From Camelus dromedarius (Eukaryota): a stretch of DNA of 64,000 bases. Each line of letters begins with the position of its first letter. Within the stretch, counting starts at the first letter, position 1. Below the pieces are notes generated by a model, which was given only the letters and a program-made list of their open reading frames with translations, was not told the DNA's origin and did no database searches. The DNA is taken from contig NC_087449.1 of the NCBI RefSeq assembly GCF_036321535.1, positions 11,470,001 through 11,534,000 on the forward strand. Reading direction: 5' to 3'. A program made the position numbers and the translations under genes. Below, one piece after another: positions 12,880 through 24,239 of the stretch.

Positions 12880-13470
12880 CCTACAAAAAAAATAACTCAG
12901 AGGTTTCCTTCCCTCTGACCTCAATCTCCCTGATGTATCTTATTCATTGATAATACATCATGCTTCTTAAAACAAAGCTCCAGTCACAACTCCCTGCTCA
13001 AAGATCTTCAAGGTTTATACTGATTGTAAATCCAATTAAGTATAAGTATCTCCATTAGGAATTAAAACCTTCAACAATATGATCAAACATATTTTCAGTG
13101 TAACTCCTCTCTCTTCTCCATATACAACTATAACGTAGATAAACTAGAAATTTCTTATTTTTCCCAACTTCTCAGCAAAAGTTCTTTTCTTTACTTGCTT
13201 CTTTTTTGTTCTATATGCCTTCTGTCTGGCCTTAGCCAATCTTTCAAGGCTTTCAAATATCATGTTTTTTTGAAGCTTCTCTCTACTTCCTTAAAATAAA
13301 TACACTATTTATTTCATCTGACCTTTAATCCCACTTTTCACTTTTCTTGTAGCCATATTTTTCTTTCTGTGAAATTATTTTATCACCCATACTAGATTGC
13401 ATTTTCCTTTCTAGAGTATAGGGGATAAAAATATTGATTTTTGTACTTGAATTAAAAAATTAATAAGAAG
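12880..13470 (+). mobile_element. L2 LINE 3' region
   Basis: cttcttaaaacaaagctccagtcacaactccctgctcaaagatcttcaagg...ccatactagattg resembles L2 consensus. Confidence 0.6.
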
Positions 13471-13583
13471 TATTCAGTAGGAAGTATCAAATTAAAGATC
13501 CATAAGAGACGCAGAAAGAGACATGATTAAAAGTGAAGAAAGATTGCTTCAAGACAAAATTGTCATATAAAAAGTATCTGCTC

Positions 13584-13715
13584 GTGAGGGAAGAGTGTAT
13601 AGCTCAGCGGTAGACTGCGTGCCTAGCATGCACAAGGTCCTAGGTTCAATCCCCAATACCTCTAGTAAATAAATAAAGAAATAAAGAAATAAATACCTCT
13701 CCAGCCTAGGGGAAA
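13584..13715 (+). mobile_element. tRNA(Ala)-derived camelid SINE (Vic-1 type)
   Basis: A box tagctcagcgg, B box ggttcaatcc, ctagcat anticodon-like loop, A-rich tail, and an exact 15-bp TSD aaaaagtatctgctc at 13569-13583 and 13716-13730. Confidence 0.92.
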
Positions 13716-14012
13716 AAAAAGTATCTGCTCACATTGTTCTTCAACCCTGTGCTTAATTCTAATTGTCGTAGTTGGAAAGAGCATATTTCAATCAGTTAAA
13801 AACCACATATGTAAAACTGTAAGGAAGAAATGCAGAAGGCAAGCTTGTGCAATAATGAGAATTTTGACTCTATTTGAATGGAAGGGAAGAAATGGGCAAT
13901 TATTATGCATTTGCTGGGTAGTGTGTCAGATTTTTTACATCATTGTGTTGAATTCAACTGTCTTCTCGAACAAGAAGCCATGATGTGCTCTTTTAAGAAG
14001 ACTTGCAGGATA

Positions 14013-14194
14013 CTTGGTCCTGTCTAAATTGTCTATGAGACACTTGGTCTACACCAAAAGGTTCCTGAAATTTGGTGCCATCCAAAATGTCTATGAGCAT
14101 ATTCGGTCCAGCCAAATGGCTTTAGACAGGACCAAATATCAAGGACCTTTTGGTGTGGACCAAATGTCTTATAGATATTTTGAACAAGACCAAA
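14013..14194. repeat. Imperfect inverted repeat with ~30-bp internal subunits (probable ancient MITE, unassigned)
   Basis: Arms 14013-14076 and 14131-14194 match at 52 of 64 positions without gaps (hand count). The motif ttggtc...caaa recurs along both arms. Confidence 0.85.
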
Positions 14195-14204
14195 TGCCTG
14201 CTAA

Positions 14205-14620
14205 CCTTAAGAAGATTTAGCTTACACACAAAATAATTTATTTTCTATCTGACATAAAAGAAGTTTGCCGCTAAGGCTTCCAAGATAAGGGTATTACATG
14301 AAATTGTAAAGAATTCAGTCTCCCTCTTTCAGGCTGCTCCACATTATATTCCACATCATAATCCAGTGTGGCTGCCAGAACTCCAAACATCATGTGCATA
14401 TTACAGCCAGCATCAAGGAGGAAGGGGTGAGGCAGAGTATTCTCTCGCTTTTAAAAGAAACATTTTAGAAATATTTCAAGACATTTCTGATCAATGGCTA
14501 TGTCCAATAGGACAATAAGCGCTATGTCCACTTCTAACTAAAAGGATATTGAGGGATGTCTTTATTCTAGATTGTCATGTGCCTAACTAAAAATCAAGAA
14601 TTTTCTTACTATGGAAAGAG
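14205..14620 (-). mobile_element. MLT1 (J/K-type) LTR
   Basis: atttattttctatctgacataaaag...tggctgccagaactccaaacatcatgtgcatattacagccagca...aagaattttcttactatggaaagagag is typical antisense MLT1. Confidence 0.7.
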
Positions 14621-17600
14621 AGAGCATTCACTGAAGAATCTCTTGCAGGTTTAGTCAGAAAAAAACACTGAATTTTATAAGATATCTTTTGAAGTCACAG
14701 TGTATTTTTAGTAGAATGATACAAACAAAATTGTGGCGATAGTAGAGAGGGAACTGTTGGGAGAATGATATATAACATTTTCAATCAAGAAAGAAATTTG
14801 CCTATGAAAGGAAAGCAAGAAACAGTAAGGTTTCTAGAGAGCATCTCAAGGTTAAGGGAAGAGAAGAGAACTTTACATCTGTTAAGGAAGAGTGGCTGGA
14901 GCTATTAAGGCACTTTTGGGAAATTGAGGGGAGAAAGTCTAAGAAATATCTCCTGCAGGTAGATTTGAAAGATCATATGCACAGACTAAAGCACACTGAA
15001 AGCAGGATGGTGATATTTTGGTAGGTTTTGTCAGAGAGCCAGTACCTCCCCAATTTAACAACAGCACAAGTAATGCATTATAAGTCAGGCTTAAAGGGAA
15101 GTAAAATAGTCCAGGTGGTACATGGATAAAGTTTGAAATACAGACATAGGAATTGAGTTCAGTAGTTCTCTAAATAAAATCAAATTATGGAGCCTGTTTC
15201 TGTATATCCCTGGCTCTGCTGGGTAAGAATTTCTTCATCTAGTCTGAAGGAACTCACATTTTCATTAAGAAAGTACTTTATTGAAGATATTACCTCACTT
15301 AGATTACCTGGATATTGCACCACTTAAAAAATAAGCTTTCTGAGTAGTCATAGTGAAAACATGTATTTTACAAAACTGAAATTGGCTTTTATACAGGCAC
15401 TGTTGTTTTTTAATTATGGATTTCTGGGGGAAAAAAAATCTCTTCTTGAAAACCTTGTTGTCAGGGACAAATTCTTAGCTGGCTTTGGAATGTAATGTTG
15501 GCTTTCCAGGCAGAAAGCTAGTTATGTGAAGTGCTGAAAATTCACCACCAGCTTTTCTGGTAAAACTATAAATAACAGCTATATTGTGCCTTGGGAAAAC
15601 AAACACAGGCTCAAAACTTTATTAAAAGTTATTTTTTTCCCCCTGAACTGCTGTGTAAGTCACCTATAGGATAAATCTCATAACTTATGTTTTATCCTTA
15701 GCAGATACGGAAGAAGGTAATTGGTTTGTCTGTGTATCCATCCCCAAAATATCAACACAAAATATGTTTAGAAGTAGGGTGAGAAATCTTCTCAAAAGAT
15801 GGTTGGCAATATGCCTATTGGATTAATTTTTAAAATTAAGTTAAAGATACAGCTATTAAATAACACTTTCCCAATTTTTGTTTTCTGATTATTCCCTAAT
15901 TGTGTATAAAATAGGAATCTGACTTATTGTAATGTGAACTGTTCTCCCGTAGGTATTAATAAGAGTATGTTCTTTACATAATCTATCCCACACAAGGTGA
16001 GTGTATTGTTTAAGTAAAAAGATACATTTCGTTTTACAATTGGTCAGAAGCACCTGAGAAAGAGCTGTTCAGTTTTGAAAGTCATCTGAGTGAATAAATC
16101 ACCTACTCCACTTAGAAATCAAGCTATCATCAGAATGCCTTATTTCTCTGATTCAAAGTTTATCATTAAAAGTGAAATAAAATAAAAATTCAATACCAGA
16201 ACAGAGCACTTAGGTGAAAGGAATGGACGAGAAAGACAAAGGGGAAATACAACTATAGTTACAAAACTCCAAGAAATGTGGTTGGTTTGTATGGGTTTTC
16301 TTTTCATTTACTCACTCTCGCTTATATTCAGTGAATCTACTGGGAAAAATAAAAGCAAACGTTGTTTTCCTTAGTGTGTTTTTCTTTTGAATTTAATGAA
16401 ATTAAATTCACTCTATATATTTCTGCCCCCAATCCCAGCAAGTCTAATCAAAAAGAATCCATTCACCAAAGGAAATGGGAGCAAACACCGTATGAAAAGA
16501 AATGGTCAGATAATACATCACATGCCCACTGAAGGCTCACTTAGAATGAATTTTGGGGAACTAACCTAGAGAAAGAAGGCAGCTGTGCATGGAAGAGACT
16601 AGAATCTTGGCTCTTTTGAAATGGCAAGAGGAGGTGAGAGGAAATGACCCAGATTTTTGTTGGGCACTTGCTCTGTGGTCTTTTGAAGTGTCTTTACCTT
16701 GTTATAGAAATACCTGTTCCATTTTCTAATTTCTTTTGTTGCTCGGAGATTTATGTTAGGAAGTGATAGAGGGACTCATGGTCAGGTTTTAGACGGGCAG
16801 CAAAGTTTTGGCTTGGCAATTACTAAGAAAAAGAGAAGGATTCTAGGGAATGACCTTTTTACATGCTTTTGGAACTCTGAAAGGAACTGGGTTTGGGTAT
16901 ATTGATTAATTAGAAGTAAAGTAACAATTTCAGAATAAATGATTCTTTTATAACAAATGTCTCATTGCATTGTACTTCTTTACTTACATTTCTGTCTTTC
17001 TCATGAGACTTTTAGATCTTCACAGAAAATAATGTAGCACATTCATTTTTTTGAAATTCCCCAACCTGACATCAAAATGCTTGGCAAAATGTTTGTGTAA
17101 TAAACTAACCTAGACATGTTTTCCATATTGTCTTCCACTTTCTGTTTTGTTCTTTTTTATAGGTTCTTTCTTCTACAATTAACTAGTCTTATTTAGATTT
17201 TTACTTCTGAGGAATTTAACTACAGATATAATTTTATAAGATAACAGTGAGCAAATACAGATTATATATAGCAGGGGTTAAAGAATAAGAATGGATATAA
17301 AAACCGCTTTTTATGAGAAAACAGTACATAAATGAATCTACACCAATGCAGTGGCAGACATAAGCATGGTCTTCAAATCCTTGAAGGGTTGCATTTTGCA
17401 GGAGCACAAAGTCTGCACCTACCAGCAAAAGATACAAGAACATAGATCCATATGACCCTTCGTTGCCCAAATTTGGAACAGTTGCTTTCTAAGGTGTAAG
17501 ATTCCTTCTCTGGTGGGGTAAAATGGAGACTGGATTGCTTGCTTAAAGGGATATTCTCAAGAACATTCCTTCCTGCAGTTGGAGAAATAATTTGCTGATT

Positions 17601-18279
17601 CTCATACCTATTTCTCTTAGGTATAACCGTTACCTCATCACTTGTCCAAATGCTAACCACCTCATAATGTTTAATTTTGACATAGACATCTAACAAACTA
17701 CAAACATTCACAACATGTACTTTTGACAACTACTCTGCTAGATCTTGGGGAATCTAGGGAAGAATAAAATTATTTTTTCCTTCTGGATATTCATTGTTTA
17801 GGGAGAGAGGACAGGTAAATAATACACATTCAGGATGCAGTGAGTACAACATAAATAATCTAGTCCTCATTTTTTTTTCTCTTCTGAACACTGTTTCTGG
17901 CAAAAATGTCACTGTTTTTGTGGATTTGGATGGAAAATGTACATATCCACTCTTTTCAGATCTCCTGGGTTTCTTTATGTTCTGTTCTCAAAAAAAGAAA
18001 ACTCCTGTTAAAAATCTCATGGTAAAGAAGGGCTTTTGATTAATCAGACAACGTGAACATGTTTGTTTAAGGGAACAGAGTCTACTTCCATATACATCCA
18101 CTGAATTTTCTAGAATCCAACTCTGACATATAGCAATAGACGGTAACTCAACCAAGGTGGAGAAAAGATGTGCAAAAAAAGGGTAACAAAGTCAATACAA
18201 ATTTATTTGATGAATGATAACTTATTTGTTCAGAAAAGCTAAATATTTCCCATGATATTATAATGCATTCTTTATATGC

Positions 18280-18660
18280 AAAAATCTCTCCCAGCTTCTG
18301 GACTTTGCACCAGTAATTCTCTGTTTAGAAACTCTTCCCCTGCTACACTTCCTCAATTCTTTGCTGATACAACTTACATCTTAGCCCTCCTGCCCCTCAT
18401 AAATTAAACCTGATCTCTACCAATTATATATAGTTTCATAGCTGTAAGTATTGTTTCTTATCATGATTTAAAAAATATATTTATATCCTATGCATGTACA
18501 ATTGGTTATATTTATGTATTATTAAATTATTAATTATTGTCTTCCTCTTTCATTATATTATAGATTCTTTTAGTTCAGAGCTTCCAAATACTTTGCTCAC
18601 TTTTGTTGTCCCAAAGCTCAGGAGAACATTTGGCAAATAGATTTTGAGAGGTTGAGAAAA
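18280..18660 (+). mobile_element. L2 3' fragment
   Basis: tctggactttgcaccagtaattctctgtttagaaactcttcccc...tagattctttt...ttgctcacttttgttgtccc. Confidence 0.5.
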
Positions 18661-21600
18661 AGTTCTAAAGCTTACTGAGAACTATCTTTACCAAAAATAG
18701 TTTTATTAGCATAAAATGAAACTTAGAAGCTGGTCAGTTTTTCATCCAACAATAACCAGGTTTTTCATTTGTTGATTGTTGCCTAAAAGTAGAGTTACTT
18801 TCCTAATCTTCTCTAAGAGAATAATTCCACCCTTTTCCAAAGCACTTTTAAAAGGAGTTCCATAAGTGGACAAATAAATACATTGTTTCTAATTTTTTTG
18901 TACTTAAGTTTAGAAATGCAAAAACCTAAGTGCAAAAAAAAAATTAGAAATTGGCAAGTATCTTAGTGCTATTTGTTTAGATGGAATGAATGTTTAGGAC
19001 TATGTTGTTTAGGGGTTTTGAAAAACATAAATTTGATTTAATTAGCTATCAATATATACATAATGTGCAAAGAAAAAGAGCTTCTGCCAACCACACTAAT
19101 TTCTATTTTGAATAAAAAATTGTTAATTTAATGTTTAACACATTATTAATATGAGATAGAAAGATATATATATATCTATTTTTAGTTTCAGATTAAAAAC
19201 TCTATTATACTAGCAACTGATTAATACTTTATTTGATGGCTAAATACAAAAATATTCATTACAGGTAAACCAGTTTACTCTCAAAAGCACTATTAGTGTT
19301 ATCCATTTCAGTTAGAGATCTTATTTTCTCATCTATAAAAAGAGGTGCTTCAATTAATGAGCCATAGTTTCTTGCCTGGTTTACCAGTCTATGATACTAC
19401 AAATCACACTAAGCAAATTTTATGTTTCATCTACATGCTAAGCATATCATCAGAAAAATAACGCTAGATAACTGTATTCTTTGGCTGTTTCAAGTTCTTT
19501 GTTAAACTGAAGATTAATGATGAAAAAATCAACTTTTATATACATTTTATGTGTTGGCAAGTAGAGAAAGACAATTTGAATTCTCAAACAATAAAACATC
19601 AGCATTTTTGGAAAACTTGGCCCCTTTCAAATATAGGTTCTCTACACTTCTTTTGAACGGCTCTTATACATTTGTTAACATGATTGCAGAAGCCATAATA
19701 CCCTCCGCACTGACTATCAAAGTCTTTCTCTCTCATGCCTGCATATTGTGAGGCCCCATTTCCCTTAACGGCCACAAGGCAATTCTTGGAGGGGGATCTG
19801 ATTGATAATGAAGTATGAGAAAGCCAATTGTTTTGCCATATTAAGTATCAGGGGTGCGGGCATCATCTAAAAGTGTTTTTGAATATTCCTTTCCTTCTTG
19901 AGCTGTAGATGTTAATAAACAGCAAAAAAGCTGCTTTAAGAAATTAGATCTGTGATTTTATTTGCTACTGTACTCCAAATCTCTTCTGTTTTACTTTGAT
20001 TTATAAAAAAAATAACCTGACTGGGCAAGGGAATAAAGGTTATCAATGAAGGTAATTCACTGATCCCAAGTAGAGGAGATTACATAGTATGAAGTCATGT
20101 TGTAAATTATTGTCTATTTCATAATTTCCGGCTTCAAATTCTTTGTGGTTTGGCACTGCAATAACTCTTTCTCATGTATGTTTTGAAATCATGAATGGTC
20201 TCCTTTAAAAGTCTAGGCAATATATATTATGCCTCTGTTTTTCACTTCCCACATACCATATTCTTCCTAACTAAATAGGGCTTCTCAAAATTTCCATATA
20301 TTTAGGGAAGATAATTTGATAGTTTATGAGAGAGCAATTTTGACCACTTTGAAATTCTAGTTACAAAACTTTAGGAAAAAAATATGAACTGCTATTGAAT
20401 ATCTCCAATCCTAATAACTTTGAGAACTATTTCTAAGAAAGAAAATCTAGCAATATAGGCTGGCTTTAATTTTTAAAAATCTGCTTTGTTCAGTGTTTTC
20501 CAAGAGATTTTCTTTTGAAAAACTGCAAGTAAATTCAAGAGCACTTGTATTGCTAGTATTGCCTGAACTTCTGAATCAAGAAAAATTAACCTCTGCCAAT
20601 CAGATATGGATATAAGTTTTTACAGACTTATCAGCTGGAAATTATCAGCTTATCTTTACCAAAAATAGTTGTTAATGTCAAGGAAAGAAAATATTGAAAA
20701 TCCTATTTAAATTGGTTCTCTCTCAATGACTTATCAGACTATAATCATATTTTTCCTAAACCATTTCTTGTCGCAAATTCACGCCAGTCAATTATACACA
20801 CAAAGGCAACCTTATGATTACATTTTCATTATTTTATAGTACCGTTGATGATGAAAATTTAATACCTATTGATGACATATTCTTTGAAATTTAAACTTAC
20901 CTCTGTTTTGGATACATATTGCAGTATTTTATATAATGTTAGTATTACAACCTCTTCACTTGTTTAATGCAATTTTATAGTAATCTAATAGAGAATATTG
21001 GCATGTATACATTGTGTGGGCTTTCTAACAGCATGATGAGGTCTGTAAAAGGTAAAGGATATTTGTTTATAATTGTGCTATACTTTTACCCAAGTTATTG
21101 ATTAAAGTGAACTGAAAAAGTGACAGTAATGTCATACATAATACACTTCCCAGAATAAGAAAGAAGATGAGCAAATTAGTCTTCATAACCCCTGGTAAAA
21201 TTCAGGCAAGATTGATTTCATCTAAAATTTTCAGAGGCAAGAATTTTCATAGAGGTTCAATTACAATATTGTCATATTCCTGTACTGCATATTGTATTTA
21301 CAAAATGGATATTATGAATATTTCAAATAAAACATAAGCAGTAATATAATTTATATGCAACATTGTATTTTACTTGCAAAACTGTCGGATACTTTCGCTA
21401 CGGTTATGAAATATATCTGATGAATATCCTTTGTATTATTTAAAGTTTATGGTAAAAATGAATAATGTTTATTTGATTATACTTTAGTGCTATGATGAAT
21501 GAATATTAAACCAAAAATTCTATGCATAAGAAAATCAGATGTAGAAAAACTCTAGTTTTTATAGTAAACTGCCTGTAAAAGTGCAAAATGTTGAGTTCAG

Positions 21601-22159
21601 AGCAAAACATGGGTTTTGAAGCACAACATTTATCTTGCATCTATTCACTTTTTTTAACCTGAACACTTCAAAAAGCAGTCAGTCTTTATAGTGGGCAGGT
21701 AGAAATTGAGAATGAAAGCCAGGATGAAAGAAAAATGGCATTAATCTTAATAGTTCTATAAAGCCTATACCTCCCTCAGAAGAGTCAAGGGCACAAGTAT
21801 GTCTGCTTAAAAAAAAAAAAAAGATAAAAACAAAACCACAAATATGATCCTTCCATTTAAATCAATAAATCTCTATTATGCATTTACTTTGGAGTACCAG
21901 GGAATCTTTCTTAAACGCAAGACTTCTTGGGGAGGTGAGGCTTATTGTCATGAAACAAATAATGTAAAGAAAAAACTATCATCCAATTAAAAATGTAATC
22001 AAGTTCCTGAAGGAGATCAGAGCAGAGATTGGTAGGTAGTCAAATCTATCAAACAGTACATGTTTCCTGAAATTCTACTGCATGCCAGTTACAACACATG
22101 TCATTGTTGTGTGTCTAATACCTACACTGATATACATACAGGCCCCACTTCAACCATTC

Positions 22160-22420
22160 ATCCAAGAGCTCACTCATTCGATACATATTTATTGCCAGGT
22201 GCTATGCTCTTTAATGGGAATGATCAAAAACGCTTTCTGCACATGCCCTGAATTCACAATCTAGTATGGTGATATATTTTATCAACAAATCACACAAGTG
22301 TAAATTTACAGTGTGAGAAAGAGATGAGAGGGAGAAGTGTATTATACTATAAGAGTGTAAATTAGGAAAAAAACTAATGCATTTACAGAGACTGGGGAAG
22401 GTTTCTTTCAATATACTATG
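22160..22420 (-). mobile_element. L2a 3' fragment
   Basis: cactcattcgatacatatttattgccaggtgctatgctc...gccctgaattcacaatctagt. Confidence 0.65.
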
Positions 22421-23569
22421 ATTGCTTTGCTGTTTTTGTGTTTTATTTATTTATTTATTTTTTTGAGAGTTAAGGTAAACAGAGTTTTGGGGAAGCAATC
22501 CAAAGAGAGAAACACGTGAAGACTTTGGAAGGAAAGAGACAGAACTCCTCCCAACTTAGCTCACCAGAAGCCACTAAACCTAAGGCCAGAAAGGAAAAGA
22601 AGACTGCCTGTTAGCTAAGGTGGGCAGACCCTTGGGTAGTGTTAGCGATTAAATATTTCTTTCACACACGTTACAGTATCACAGCACAGCCGCATTATGA
22701 TGTCTTTACCACCCACTAGTAACAAAGGGGTTAAAGACGAAGGCTCAAACTGCAATCACCAGTGGTAGAAATCACACCCTGTGCTATCCAGATCCTACTG
22801 GCACTATGATCTTGGGTCTCACCATCCAGTCAGTCTCGAAATTTCTAATTAAGAATAACATTTCTAAACTACAAGAAGATTTATGGTATAATTAAACTAC
22901 CAATCTCTTTTCTGCATATTTTTACCAACTAAGCATACTTTTAAATAATTCTCTTTATTTAAGTGAACTTTTACAAAGTTATATAATGGGAAAATGAATC
23001 ATTATAATTTATAAAATTAGTGGGAGAATAGCTAATTATTTATCAATGTCTCACTTACAGTATGTTGAAAACATCACAAGGATTTCCGCTGGCTTTTGCT
23101 CTCTTCTAAGACTGAAAGTCCAAAAGCAAGCTCTGTGTCAGGCACATTGAGGGCTTCTTACGAAGATGTACCTCTATGCAGACCCGGGGCATGGAACTCC
23201 CAGCATGGGCTCAACTTCTCCCTCCCCAGTTCAACTTGGATATAAACGGTTCATTGTTATCAACAGAGCACCCCCTTACACAGGCTGGTCCGGGAGAGGC
23301 TGTAGCGAGATGTTTCAAGACGGGCTACCTTCATTGGCGGTTATTCTATCCAGCAAAATTTCACAGGTACCTGCTGTACCATATGCGGGAAATGCAAGCT
23401 GCCACTTGCCAAACTCTCCATCGACTCTGCCAATTCTTTCCTCTGCCAGTATCCAAAAACCAGGAGAAACAGATCTTTTACTAGGTCAATCAATGGCTCA
23501 ATAAATGAGGGATGGTTATCAGTCTCTGAAATTATGGAGAGGGAGTGTGGTAGTTTCCTTTTAGGCTTG

Positions 23570-24235
23570 TTTTTCGACTGTGGTTAAAATATACTAGCAT
23601 GAATTTATCATGTGCCCATTGTTAAGTATACAGTTTTATGGCCTTAAGTACATTCATATTGTTGTATCTTCACCAACATCCTTCTCTAACACTATTTTCA
23701 TCTTCCTCAGCTGAAGCTCTGTACCCATTAAACACTCGCTCCCACATTCCCCTCTCTCTACAACCCATGGAAACCGCCTTTCTACTTTCTGTCTCTATGA
23801 ATTTGACTACCTAGGAACCTCATGTAATAGAAATCATATATTTGATCTTTTGTGATTGGCTTATTTACTTAGTATAATGTCTTCAAATTTCATCTATGTT
23901 TTAGCATGTGTAAACATTTCCTTCCTTTAAAAAAAAAGGCTTGGTAGTATTCCATTATATGAATATACCACGTTTTGTTTATCCGTTCATATGTTAACGG
24001 ACACTTGTGTTGCTTCCACCTTTTGGCTCTTGTAAATAATGCTGCTATGAATATGACTATACAAATACTTGTTCCAGTTCCTGCTTTCATTTCGTTTGGG
24101 TATGCACCTAGAAGTGGAATTGCTGGGTCGTATGATAGTAATTCTGTTTTTAATTTTTTAAAGAACTGCCACACTGTTTCTGTAACAGCTAAGTTCTTAC
24201 ATCCCCATCAACACTGCACAAGGAACCACATTTTT
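23570..24235 (-). mobile_element. L1MB-type 3' region
   Basis: ORF 23890-24174 ([30 protein letters not shown]...[17 protein letters not shown]) is the L1 ORF2 C-terminus, and L1MB-like 3' UTR follows. Confidence 0.92.
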
Positions 24236-24239
24236 TAAT

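Noticed and set aside
13584-13665. tRNA-Ala gene
   Set aside because: tRNA-like head with A-rich tail and TSD, so it is a SINE. The acceptor stem is degenerate.
14014-14220. 68-aa ORF over the palindrome
   Set aside because: TTG start, no homology recognised, explained by the repeat structure.
20895-20995. 84-nt minus-strand exon candidate with strong donor
   Set aside because: Stop codons in all three frames from the best acceptor.
22815-22860. 22-nt minus-strand microexon candidate
   Set aside because: Frameshifting, and it makes an immediate stop if joined to the MFSTY frame of the 23-kb segment.
23166-23504. Two overlapping plus-strand ORFs (112 and 102 aa) as a protein-coding gene
   Set aside because: No recognisable domain, no consistent splice partners, and GC-richer sequence naturally has fewer stops. 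Kept only as part of the 23-kb finding.
23890-24238. 94-aa and 87-aa ORFs
   Set aside because: Decayed L1 ORF2 C-terminus and its antisense.
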